This document shows positions 49,085 through 61,228 of a stretch of 64,000 nucleotides of DNA, one piece after another. The notes under the pieces are model-generated. The model had not been told where the DNA came from, ran no database searches, and worked only from the letters and a program-made list of their open reading frames with translations. Numbering within the stretch: position 1 is the stretch's first letter; each line of letters begins with the position of its first letter. Origin of the DNA: Utricularia gibba (taxonomy: Eukaryota > Plantae > Magnoliophyta); NCBI GenBank assembly GCA_002189035.1, contig NEEC01000025.1:620001-684000 (forward strand), in the 5' to 3' direction. A program made the translations under genes and the position numbers.

Positions 49085-52000
49085 ATGCGCAAGATGGGCA
49101 TTACGGCAAAAGAAAGTTTCTTTTTTTATGTTTGCTTTCTTTCGCTCTTCATTGCCGTGGCTGCCTCCGTAGAAACAAGGTGGGAGGAACAACTCGCCTT
49201 GGTAGCCTATCAAAATGATTTGGGCTTGGCGAATCAGGAGTTGGTACGCTGATGTTACTATTACACAAGGTTTTTCTTTTTCTTCTGGCAAACACTGATT
49301 GTCCATTGAGGAACTTTTTAGGTTCATCTTCTCTATTTATTCTGATAATACTATTGTCCATTAAATTTTCTTGCTTCATTATCTCATAGTGAGTTTTTTC
49401 AGAAATGATTCAAAGCTCATTTTCGGCTTTAGAGGACACTGCAGATATTTAGCTTTTGATTTTGAAAGAACAACATTCACACGCAAAATGCCCTTCCCGT
49501 CTCCCACACCTTTTCGTTTGAAATAAAATGCTAGGAAGTGGAATGGAGAATGCTTCAACTTGTCTAGAATGTGGAAGCCTTCTTTTCATCACCTGAAATA
49601 AGCCTTCTTTCTGCAGGCAGATTGTTTGCATGAATGGTTGCATTCTGTAAAATTTGAACAAGATACTGGCCAGGAATTAAGGTTAGGTAAGTTAACTTAT
49701 GGAGACAGGCTATCCAGCATTAGGTTCTTCAGAACAAATTTGTATGGCACAATTGATGACTTACATCGTCTGGTTGATCAGTTACTTTTATATTGCACTA
49801 GAAAAAAAGATACCATGCCATCTGATGGTAGAGAAGACATGTGCTCAGGCAGATGGATCAATAGACACTTCAGGTTTCTATTTAATGGTCATTGCTTATT
49901 CACACGACGTATCCTAGTTCAGATGTCTGGAGAAGCGCCTGCACCATCCCCATTGCTAATGCCCACTCCAGCCACCTCACCTCCTCCTAGCCCTATTCCA
50001 GCTGGCACTCAAAATCTCCCGACAGATTTGGATAATTCTTCTCATGGTCGTAAGACCAGCAAGATAACTGTTGTTGTTGCCGTTGTTGTATCTGCAACTT
50101 TGACGTTGGTCTGTGCGGTGGCGTTATTCTTAGCATGTCTGAAATACTCTGGTTTTAGTTTTGGAAGGCGTAGCAATGATGAGAGGCCTCTTCTCAGCTT
50201 AACCCCAGGTGACTACTCTATAGGTGCATTATTTATTTTTGTGATTTGTGTTGGAATCATGTAGCATTGGTGTTGATGCATCTTCTCAACTGCTCCTTCT
50301 TGTTTCTTCCTTTCAGCTTCATCAACTACCCTTTTTGCTAGTGGATCTCATTTTGATGAAGAAAAGCTTGATGATCAATCTTTTCGCAACAAACTGAATC
50401 CTGATAAAGTCGGTGAACACAGCATACTGGATCCTAGTTTTGCTCGACAAAGAAACAAACTGAATCGTAGTAAAGTTGGTGAAAACTTCTACAGTGACCA
50501 ACATCCCATAACAAACTCAAGGATTGACTTTTCAGGTAGTTCCATGATTCCTGCTGCCACCTATTCTGCTGATGATTCCTCTCACCTGCCTCCTAGGATA
50601 TGGGACACACCTGTATTTGCTCCACTGAAACTACCCCCAGCAAGGGCTGCTGCTAACCCTTGTAAACCACCTTCCGGGAGTGAAGTGTCTCCAGCACACA
50701 CGCCTCCTGTGTCATCATCAGTGATAGGTCAATATCCATCCTTACCTGGTGGACAACCTCGTCCACTACCCGCAGCGGATGTTATTACTCTTGGGCCTCA
50801 ACCATCCAAGTCAGCACAACAGGTTTCTGTTTCATTGGCGACTCGTCCCCAGTTTCTCCGGTTGCAACTCCACCACCACCGCCTGGTGCTCCACCTCCTC
50901 CACCACGCCTGCCTCATGGTACTGCTGTGCCTCCTCCTCCTCCACCGCACCCTCGTCCAGTCTCTGTTTTGCCTCAACCATCTCCACCGCCTCTTCCAAG
51001 TGCTGCTGCAACACAACTCCACAAGGCAGCACAGTCTACATCTTCTTCACAATGGCATTCAGCAACTGCTATTTCAACCGTAGAGGGTGAGACTGCTGCT
51101 GCGAAGACGAAACTGAAGCCATTTTTCTGGGACAAAGTAATGGCAAACCCTGATCATTCAATGGTTTGGCATCAGATCAAGTCCGGATCATTTCAGTGAG
51201 TCTCCTCTCCCCATAACTTCATTAGTCTCTATGATTCTTTTGTAGGTGAAAAAATTAGCTAAAACCTGAACAGGTTCGATGAAGATATGATAGAGTCCCT
51301 GTTTGGCTACCCTGCTTCTGAGAAAAACAAAAATGAGAAAAAGAAAAATTCTTCATCGCAAGATGCTTTCCCGTATGTCAGAATCATTGATCACAAAAAG
51401 GCACAAAACCTGTCAATTTTGCTGAAGGCATTGGGAGTGACTAAAGAGGAAGTGTGTGATGCACTAAACGAAGGTAGCTTTTTGTTTTCTATTAATTTTA
51501 CACTTTTCTTTTCGTTGTAGCTGTGGAGGATAATACTGAATTTGGTCTTGTTTTTAGACTTTGGATTTTGGATTTTGGGGCTGCATGATTCTAAATTTAG
51601 TGGAAAACAATGCAGTATATTACATGGTTAGAGTAGAATCTGATAAAGGTTGAATACAAAAAAGCGTATTGGCAGTTACAGTTGTTGAATGGAACAAGGG
51701 AGTCGGCATTCTCATATCCCAGCTTCAGATTAGTGTTCCGTTTTTTTAAAAAAATCCATTTTTAAGAGTGCAGGAGTTGGGAGCTGAACTCTTGACCTTT
51801 CAATTACACAGTTAGTGGTAAAGCCATTCGAAATAGTGATAAATTATGCGTTAGTGCCTTTTATTATTGATCTGATGAATGAGATGGTTATTCAACTCAG
51901 CAGGATGAAAACCTTAGGACATTCTACTAACTTTGATGAAATGTGTCATTTATTCTACGTGTTCATTGAGGCCGAATCCTGTAGTTTTTTGTTTATTTCT

Positions 52001-53235
52001 TTTGTCTCACGTGTTCTGGGTTGGACTTTTGCAATAGGGAATGAGCTTCCTTCAGAACTCATCTTGACATTACTGAAAATGGCACCGACACCTGAAGAAG
52101 AATTAAAGCTTAGGCTCTATTCTGGTGAAGTTTCCCAACTTGACACAGCAGAGCGCTTTCTGAAAGTCCTAGTCGATATTCCATTCGCGTTCGCGAGGCT
52201 TGAGTCACTGCTGTTCATGTGCACCCTTCAAGAGGAGGTGTCAATGTTGAAAGAGTCATTTGCAGTGCTAGAGGTGAGATATCATGAATGCATTTGACAT
52301 AGAGTGGGGTGTCTATCTGCATCACCCGGATTCGATTATAGCATGGACTTTTCCAAGTAATCCAATCTCATCATATGCTGCTTGTTTTTCCATATGTGCA
52401 GGCCGCTTGCACGCAACTTCGACAAAGTAGGTTGTTTCTTAAACTCCTGGAGGCCGTCCTTAAAACGGGAAACCGTATGAATGATGGCACATTTCGTGGT
52501 GGTGCTCATGCATTCAAACTTGATACACTTCTTAAGCTGTCAGATGTAAAAGGAACGGATGGGAAAACCACCCTACTGCACTTTGTTGTGGAGGAAATAA
52601 TACGTTCTGAGGGCGTAAGAGCTGCTCGAGCTGCCAAGGAGAGCTCTAGCACATCCAGCGATTTTCTTAAAGATTCAGACGAAACCTTGAGAAGAATTGG
52701 TCTCCAGGCAGTATCCAGTCTCAGCGATGAGCTTCGGGACGTAAAGAACGCTGCGGTTTTGGACCTTGATAGCTTAAAGGGAACAGTGGTGAAGTTGGGT
52801 GACCAACTGGTCAAGGCCAGAAGTTTCCTGAATTCGGACATGAAAAAGGTGCCGGAAAAAAATGGGTTTCACCGGCTGCTGAGGAGTTTCGTTCAGAATG
52901 CAGAGTCCGATGTCATGTGGGCGCTGGAGGAGGAGAGCAGGGTGATGTTGATGGTGAGGAGCACCGCTGCGTACTTTCATGGGAATTCGGGCAAGGACGA
53001 GGGGCTTAGGTTATTCGTTATTGTTCGAGATTTCCTTATACTTTTGGACAAAGTTTGTAAACAAGTGGCATACGAGCCACAGAAGCCGTCTCTGCCGTCA
53101 CAGAAAGAACACAAGGCAGCAGCAGCACCGCCGGCGCAAAGACAGAAAGCTTCCCCCAATCTTCCGCACCATATCGTCTCTGCCATAACCGACCGGCGGC
53201 GAGCGGAAGATTTGAGTTCTGAGGATGAATCATAG
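49085..53235 (+). CDS. FH5: Class I formin (FH5-like): signal peptide, TM, FH1, FH2; 6 exons; one frame break at about 50847-50850
   Basis: TM VVVAVVVSATLTLVCAVALFL, NDERPLLSL, poly-Pro FH1, KTKLKPFFWDKV, GNRMNDGTFRGGAHAFKLDTLLKL, GLRLFVIVRDFL. Confidence 0.92.
50388..50486 (+). repeat. Diverged 66-bp-period duplication in formin exon 3
   Basis: RNKLNPDKVGEH versus RNKLNRSKVGEN. Confidence 0.6.
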
Positions 53236-53639
53236 TAACGTTGTCCGCCCAGAGAATCAAAGATCCTGTTGGAGAATGATGCAGATTCAATCAAAGATAC
53301 GGCTTTGATTTCCTGAATGCTTAGAACTCTGTATACCATGATCTTCCAGCATGGAATATGTGCGCTGGAGTTGATCACTTCCAACCCCCAAGTGCTCCGG
53401 CACAATAGGCTATTCTTTATACAGGTTTATCCCTGTAGTCGCCCAAAGTGTATTTTGAAAATCAGGAATAAAAGCAGTGCAAACTCCAAAATCACTATGA
53501 GTCTCCAACAGATTGAAACTCGAAAAGATCAAGAACTTGAAATCACAAGGAACGTCGTCCACTAGCTCTCAATCATAAAAGATCAGAAGGCTCTCAATCA
53601 ATCAAGGCATTTAGAAGGATAAGAGGTAGAAAGAAAGAT

Positions 53640-53830
53640 ACAGCGCCGAGGCACACAGCATACTTCCCCTGGTGATAAGCATCTTCCTTCTTCCAGCTCA
53701 GGGAGCTGTGTTGATGTCATCAGCATAAGTTCCAGCACCATAGGGAGTTCCTCCTCTAACCTGCTCCATTTCAAACAGGCCATCTCCATACTCCATGATG
53801 AACAAACTGGGTTATGGCACTCAGTCTCCT
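53640..53830 (-). pseudogene. FQR1: Remnant of a flavodoxin-like NAD(P)H:quinone reductase (FQR1/WrbA family), 3' exon only
   Basis: LSAITQFVHHG, GLFEMEQVRGGTPYGAGTYA and AYHQGKY in shifting frames, with a deletion and a stop. Confidence 0.8.
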
Positions 53831-54250
53831 AAAAACTCATGACAAATGTGCACTCGAGCACTCCATGATGAACAGCATTCTCATTTTGATATTATTTTTT
53901 AAAAAAATATATGCGTAAGAATACACCAACCAAAATCTAATGAACATTTGATTTCAATCAATTTCCTGCATTTTCATTCTTCAATGCAATGTTCCAAGTA
54001 GTGTTTCGAGCATAAGCCTATTAACAATTCGTATACAGAAAAAAGTTGAAACAAAATGAAGCTACCATTGAAGTAAAGAAACAATAATCAGATCAGGTCG
54101 TTGCTCTGAGGAGGCGCAGGAGGCACATCACACGACCGGCCAGGCAAAGCCGAGAATCAGCGCATATCACCCGGATTCAATCTCCCTTGTTTACTACACG
54201 AGTACAAAGAATCAGGGCGGGGCGCGGCGCATTTAGATAACCACCAATGT

Positions 54251-57247
54251 TTAAGCCTGTTTTCGGAAAGCTACTTTCTCAGGCAACGCGAATGACGCAC
54301 ACAGCATCCACTTCCCAGGCGCAACAAGTCGAACTCTATGCATCTGGGGGTCAATACGCTCCTCCAACAGTGACATTTTAATTCTCTGTTTCACACACAC
54401 ACAATAAAAAATGCCCCATCAGCGTATCTCTAGAGAAGTGTGACAGACGGGGCTGTGCAAATGCTGGAAAATAATGCAACGCAAAACAGCAGCACCTCGA
54501 GAAAATCGACCTCTGGGTCTTGGGCTTTCGAAAATCCATAAACATGAATCATCGGCAAGGTATATTCTCTGCCAAAATGGTGGCTTGCAAAGATCCCCCT
54601 GAACGCATCTGTAGTTAAAGGAAAGGGCTGTGTGACAAGAGACGCAAATTCTGTGCAAAACAAGCGCAAATCATTTATGGATGCTTGCAACAACAAACAT
54701 GCGAATATTGTACTGATTCCTCCAAAGGAACACATCAAGCTAAATGTGGAATCTTTTACCTAAAAACTCCGCTGCATCCCTGGGCAAGTTCATGACTACT
54801 TGAGTGATGGGTTGAGATCTTCGAGTGCCAAAAACCGTTTCGATAAATCTCCTCCCATCCATGTTAAATACCTATAAATGGCCAGAAGACCAAGATTGAG
54901 AACCACAGTATGATGCAATGAAGAGATCGCAATCTTTAAAAATGTTTTTTTTTTTCCTTGAAATTCACGGTCATATCCTCGGTTTGGATTTGACCTTGGA
55001 TCATCGGAAATTTATCTGAAACTGCCATACCTCTATTTTCCTCTCAATTTTGTTCAGGGCGCAGTTTCTGGCAAGATAGTCAACAGCACAGGGATTCAAA
55101 TCATTAGCATAAACATACTTCACTATCCTTGCTGCAGAAATTGCAATAGGTCCAACTCCAGCAAAAACATCACCTGTACAGAGGGGGAAAAAAGACCATG
55201 GATGCATGCCATCTAGAATGCGATAACACAAATGTTGTGATCACATGACCTATTCAGGATAGTAAGTGAGATTCATGTTTTTATGTTTTGAAGAAATCGT
55301 TTACGCACTAAACTAGATATGCAAGCATATATGTCAGTCACGTTCAGAATTCCTTTCGAGTACTCTCACTCCACAAACATACAGACAACATCACTGCGTG
55401 TGAAGAAACTCAGAAGCCTCTGCCTTTCAGTTCCAAGCCTCGAGTTCCAGTACCTACCAACAGCAATGAGAAAATTAGAGCACTTCAACAAAAACAGTGA
55501 CTAAAGTGAATTCTTGGCTGCCTAAAGGCGCACACTGCTTTTAGATCAACATTAAAACGCAATCCATTCTCCACCACAGTCGTCACCAAGGAATTGTTCC
55601 CAGCCAAAACCTCAAGCTCCATTGTTCTGTATTCATTGTGAATTGCTTCCACTTTGTTGACAACTGTTTGTACTTTTGGTCTCGTCTTATCAAGAACTAC
55701 CTGGTTACAGAGGAAAGATCCGAGAACAGGAAATGAAATCTTGTTTGATAGGATTAGTTAATGCCCCAAGCAGACCTTGGCAATTAGGCTTTTGTATTGA
55801 AGAAGATCGTCTCTTAGATTCAGATGAGCGATATGGCCCACCATTTCAAATGCTGAAGGAATGGCCGTGCCATTAGGGAGTAAAGCAGTCAAGATCTGCG
55901 CAAAGTGAACCTCTTGAAGGCCAACGGAAGCTGAATGAAAACATATGCCACAATTGCTTCCATCTGAGAAAAGTACCTCACTCAGCTGCCAGTAATCATA
56001 AAAAAGAGTTAATCTGCATCTGACAAGTGCACACCCTGACTTCATAGGCTGGCCATCATTATCATATTCCTTGAAAACCACCTGAGCAGGGTAATTCAAA
56101 CACAAGTACCTTTCTTACATATTGTTTTCTGCCTTAGCCTTAATAGGACATCAAGAGGACACAAACTGTACATCCTGACTCACAATAACGCATATAGAGT
56201 GCCCATCTGAAGACCCCAAAAGAAATTTCATGCTTCATCTACATAGGATAATCTTCTGAAGTATCATGTCACATGCGGTTTTAGGAATCATTCAGGCAGT
56301 TGATCGTTTGCAAATCATTCAAAAGAGCATAAACACCATAAGAAAACTGCATTCATGGAAAACTGAGATTAAAATCTTAAAGCAAGATGTCGATTGAAAA
56401 AAAAAAAAAAGAAAACCTTGATGGCTTCAGGCAATTCTCCAATGCTTGTATTTGCATACTGCTCACCCAAGAGCAGCAACCTGGTCGAACCTCTCCAGTT
56501 AGACGACCTAACTTCTTCCCCTAACAAACGCTTCATACCTACAGTATCATTCTCTTCATTCACGTCTTCAATAACCTCAATTTCAACTCCATTTCTCCTG
56601 TATCCTCTTGCCACACTGATTTCCCCATCACTACTACTTACCTTGTTCTTCTTCTTTTTCGGTCTAGAAATTTTTGCCAAGTTCCTAAAATGAGCATACC
56701 CCAGACAATTAAAAGTTTTCGCCAGATCGTCCCTATACAAGATTGAATTCAGAGGCTCCCCGTCGCCCTCCGCTTTGCCATAAACTCTCCTGTTGAAAAC
56801 TGTTAGAGGGTCAGTATGTTCGCCAGTGGAATTAGGCAGGATACTCCTGAATTCTACATCAACGTCATCGCCGGGAACCCTGGCTATGTTCTTGATGCGA
56901 GGCCAGTTAAGTAGGTGGCCACGGAGTCGGTTCTCAATAGTGGAGCATATATCGGCGGGGACTCTAAGGGCGGACAGGTGAAACACTCTAGTGAACGCAT
57001 CTTCGTTGAGGGAAGTGAGAGTTTCGTTACCCAGAACCTGGGATGGTTCCATAGAGGTGGGAGCATGCCCTTTTTGTAAGGATGGACCGTAGTGAAGAGT
57101 GGAAGAGGTAAAAGCGGTGGCCGCCATTCTGCTGACAACGGGTTTAAAGGGGGGTTTCGCTGTGGGCCACGGTGGCGAGCGTAGTCGGCACAACGACGGA
57201 GTGTGAGGGCTGAAGAAGGCGACTTTCGGAAACATCTTGGTGCCCAT
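54251..57247 (-). CDS. TRM5: tRNA (guanine-37-N1)-methyltransferase, organelle-type TRM5, 9 exons
   Basis: Transit-like N-terminus, [63 protein letters not shown]. Confidence 0.95.
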
Positions 57248-57449
57248 AGTAAAATCGGCTATTTTAATCTGAGTTATATCACAAGCCCAGCCATCACTAC
57301 AACAGAACCCAGCGGAGTCGTTTTGAATTGTCATTGATTCTTTATATATAAATGAATGCAACTGGATTCCGCCATGGTTGTAGGAAGCTCATTCCGGTAA
57401 GATACAAACTACACAAGGCCACCGGTGGGCTTATTCCGTGACACTATTA

Positions 57450-57716
57450 TAGCATCTACAACGGTTTCACAGAAATCTACGTGTTACTTTCATTTTGTTT
57501 ATTAGATTTTCGAAAATCATTGTAGGTATGTAGTTTTGTTTTCGGATTTACATTGAATGGAATTTTCATTTGATATATTAAATTTTCGAAAATGATTTAT
57601 GTTATGAAAATCATTGTAAATAACATGAAAATTTAGTAATTAGATTTCCAAAAATATAGTAAAATTGACATGACATTCCATATTTCAAGATATTTCAGGA
57701 AATTATTGGAGATGCT
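57450..57716. mobile_element. Tourist (PIF/Harbinger) MITE, 267 bp
   Basis: TIRs TAGCATCTACAA / TTGGAGATGCTC, TTA target-site duplication at 57447-57449 and 57717-57719, AT-rich interior. Confidence 0.85.
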
Positions 57717-57832
57717 CTTATATAATAAATTCCTCCATCATACAGTGATTAAAAAATAAATGTGCTTCTTTGTGTGGTGGTTCCTGTATGTGTCGACTGG
57801 AAGTTTCAGCAAACAAGTAGTCAGTTTTCCCG

Positions 57833-58977
57833 CTAGTTGAATCCGCCCTGGTCCATTTCCAAGTGTTGGTTCAAGGAATGTTGGCGCTGAAGCCTCATCT
57901 CCTTGTTGAATTTTCTGATGAAGGCCTCCACTCGTCTGTTGAGTTCATCTTGGCTCAGTGATGGCTCCCTCCTCGGCCTCCCTGCAGGGCCAACCTTGAC
58001 GACATCACTGAGTGCATCGGGCTCGGTGATCTTCTTCTGTGGAACTGAGGAACGGCTGAGTTGCCCCCCTCCTGCTGTTCCCGTGTATCCAGTTTCTTTA
58101 GATGCCTAGTCAGTGGCATTGAGCGTCCCTCCATTATTGTTTTCCATGTCGCCTCCAGTGTGTCTTGCCTCTTTGGTTTCCAGACCCCCACCACCATTCT
58201 GCCCCCTGAGGAGAAGGGATACTTCAACTTCAGAAACTAAAAGCACCTCACAAGCCCACGAAACCTCAGGGAAAATTTTTATAACCAAAACAAAAAAAAG
58301 CATGTAAGATTTCTATGGCAAGTCCAAGCGTGTGGACTAAAACAGAGCATGCCACTAGTTGCGTTACCTTCCGGATTCGACATCAAGTTCTTCCGGCGGC
58401 CCAACCTGGAGGAAACCGACGGCTTCACATTTGTTGAGTAGACGTCGTCTAGCAGTTGTGTATTATTACTCCTCCATGTGGATTTAGAGACCCCGCCCTC
58501 GACCTTCTCCTTGCGGCTTGCGTCGTGTTCCACAGAAGCAAAATCTCCTTCACTAGAATTAATATGCAACGGCGCCGTTCCAATTTTCGACTCACCAAAG
58601 CATTCGATCTCCGGCCCGCTCTTGGAACTCCCGTCGTCGTAAGCCTTAGGATTATCCGAGTCCGAGACGGCGTCAGCATTTGCTCCCCGATAAGCACCAA
58701 CCTGTGCTGCAGCTACTATAAGGGCGTGTGCATCCGAGACTCCCAGTTGTTGCCGGGGACGCGATTCTTCATCCACTGGCGGCTGGAGTTTCGAGCATGC
58801 AAAGATGGTACCGATGAGGCAGTTGATTATGAGGTACAAATACAGTGGACTGAACCAGGAAGCAAATCTTGTGTACACCGAAGGCAGATCTGGAACAGGT
58901 GCCGACAGTTTCAGCACCACCGTGATCAATAAAATACTGGTGGATATCATCAGCACAAGGAACTTGAAGCGCACCAT
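57833..58977 (-). CDS. DUF4408 + DUF761 (cotton-fibre-expressed-like) protein, 2 exons; one base missing in the C-run 58064-58069
   Basis: [75 protein letters not shown]. Confidence 0.88.
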
Positions 58978-59906
58978 GGTGTGGGAGTCCGCGCGTTTTT
59001 TCTTTTCTTCTCCGTGGGGCTGTGCCTTGAATCGGGAGGCAGACAGAGGAGCTTCGAAGTGGCGATGAGGAGGCTACACATAACGAAGTGCAAAAGTATA
59101 TGGTGTAGACGGCATCGCATCGGTGTTGTTGGTTGGTGGCAGATTTTAGGCTGCAAAGGGCGGCACGTGGCATGGCGTGAGCACATGAGACTCGGCTGAG
59201 TGAATGAATGGGTTATGGCGGAAAATATGAAAAAAAAAAAAAAGGAATGCGGAGTGGGTTTGATCGGTTGGCATTGAATGGATTCTTTTATGGGCGTACA
59301 AACCGAAAGGCGCAGAAATTCTTAAACCATCACTGAAGTCTGTGTACAGTGTACCACCACAAAATTTAGCGGTTCGAGCTTCAAGGCAAGGGCGGCATTA
59401 GCCACTGCGGAAGAAAAAGATGAGGGGCCGGCAGGCGGCAACTTGCACCCTTGGCTGGGTCACATTTGGCACCGGCCAGCCAATGGGGAGAGGAAACGTA
59501 CGATCATTTTCATAGCACCAAAGATGGCGAAGATCGTTCCCTTTCATGGCCAAAGCGAGAAATAGATATTCTAGCGGAAGAAAAAGCAAAGGTAAAAGCA
59601 CCACATAACATGTAGAAAAGAAAAGGATCCCTACCAAGTACCAAGTGGAAAGCACACCATCCCCCACCGGAGAGCACAGGTAGTGGCTCATAAAAGAATT
59701 GGAGAATTGCCTCAACCCATCAAGGTTAATCTTGTACCTTTTGAGACAACACGCGCATTTGGGAATTGGGATTCACTCAAAATGCTTACATCTCAGAGTA
59801 ACATAACATTTCTCAAGCGTGTCACCACTAGATATTGCAGTGCCCAAAACCTGTATATGTACAGCCGATGGAATATGGAATGCACTATTGCTTTTTTGTT
59901 GCCGCA

Positions 59907-61228
59907 TCACTCCGCATCCCTGATTTCAGCTTCAATGTCCACAACAGGAGCAGATGGATTCTTTCCTGTACAACCACATGGATTGCCACAATTTTTTATG
60001 AGAAAAAAAAAAACACACACACACACACACAAAATGGAATCACACCATCCCTTGACAAGGTTTTATGAGAAGCAACCTTTATTCATCCGAGAGGAATAGC
60101 CGTCAAATGCCTGATCAAATCCCAAGTCCTTGATAAACTGATTGCCCTCAACTGACACAACCGGGGAGGGGGGAACCAATAGTTTTTAGTTCAAAGAAAA
60201 CGCCTTTTGGATACCAAGAAGGTGAGCAGTATCCAATTTCACAACAGAGCATTACGAAATGAAGAAGAGAATAAATTCCTCGGATTCTTAGGTGGTTGAT
60301 AGATGTTACGTTACCTGAGAAAGGCTGGCTACAAAACGGGCACAACTGGATATCTTCGTTCAGCATTGATCTGTAAGGTCATCGCCGGAAATTATTACCA
60401 ACTGCCTCAAGTAGAGCTTCATAAAACGACTTAGCTGTTCGACTGAGACCTACTTGAACACTTGAAATTCATTTCCACAATTTGGGCACTGCAAAAATAA
60501 ATATGTTACTTGATTAGAGGTTTGACAAATACAAAATGGAAGTTGGCATCATCTCTGCAGAGCAACAAAGCAACTTTACATTTCCACGCAGTATATCTCG
60601 GCCTGCCCACCAAAGAAAAGCTCCAATACCAACAATTGGCACTAGGACTGCAAGAAGCTGCAACCAAGGACAATACAGCATATCAAAGTGAGGATTAAAC
60701 TACACGATCATAGCATTGGTTTATTAAATGAACAACCATACCCATGCCAAAGACTCGCACCTAGTGCTAGACCATCTGCACATAAACAACCCCTAAGATA
60801 ACCAAGGAAGGAGGAAGGTGCAGTACCCATATGGAAACAATAGCATCAAGAAGCCATCCCAGTTGCCCTGACATTGAAAGATACGCCAGAAAAACTGCCA
60901 AAGCAAGATTACCCAGAACCCTGGAAGTTTCGCTGCTGATCTTCCCACCACCGCCGCCGCCACCGCCGCCACCGCCGCCACCGCCGCCGGCGTTTCTGAA
61001 TTTCACCACTACAGACCTTCCGTTCTTCATCTGACTCCAATTTCGACCTCTGCAGATTCCAGCGAACGAGAGTTGTCTTGGATAATGGATAAAAATCCTT
61101 CGCGGTGGCAAGCAAGGATCTTTATGCCGCGAAAACGAGCATTTAGGTGAGCGGCGCTTCTCGTTATAACCATAGTCGTTTCCGAAAAGGTATAACGGCG
61201 AGAAATTGACGGAAAGCAACGCTGGCAT
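59907..61228 (-). CDS. Uncharacterised conserved plastid membrane protein with a zinc ribbon (CPNC...CPFC), 6 exons
   Basis: Transit-like N-terminus, RVLGNLALAVFLAYLSMSGQLGWLLDAIVSIW|LLAVLVPIVGIGAFLWWAGRD, CPNCGNEFQVFK, QLCPFCSQPFS, VVDIEAEIRDAE*. Confidence 0.88.
60013..60030. repeat. (CA)n microsatellite in an intron
   Basis: ACACACACACACACACAC. Confidence 0.9.
60944..60988 (-). repeat. (GGY)15 coding microsatellite, poly-glycine
   Basis: 15 consecutive Gly codons in exon 1, mostly (GGC GGC GGT)n. Confidence 0.9.

Larger units (their letters stand above)
34679..49343. repeat. Tandem segmental duplication: unit 1 about 34679-42519, unit 2 about 42520-49343
   Basis: Co-linear similarity of the LHCA3 5' part, whole ABC1K7, shared promoter and formin exon 1; ABC1K7 offset about 6.6 kb. 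Confidence 0.95.

Noticed and set aside
58456-59199. Plus-strand ORFs over the DUF761 gene
   Set aside because: Antisense shadows with no motifs.
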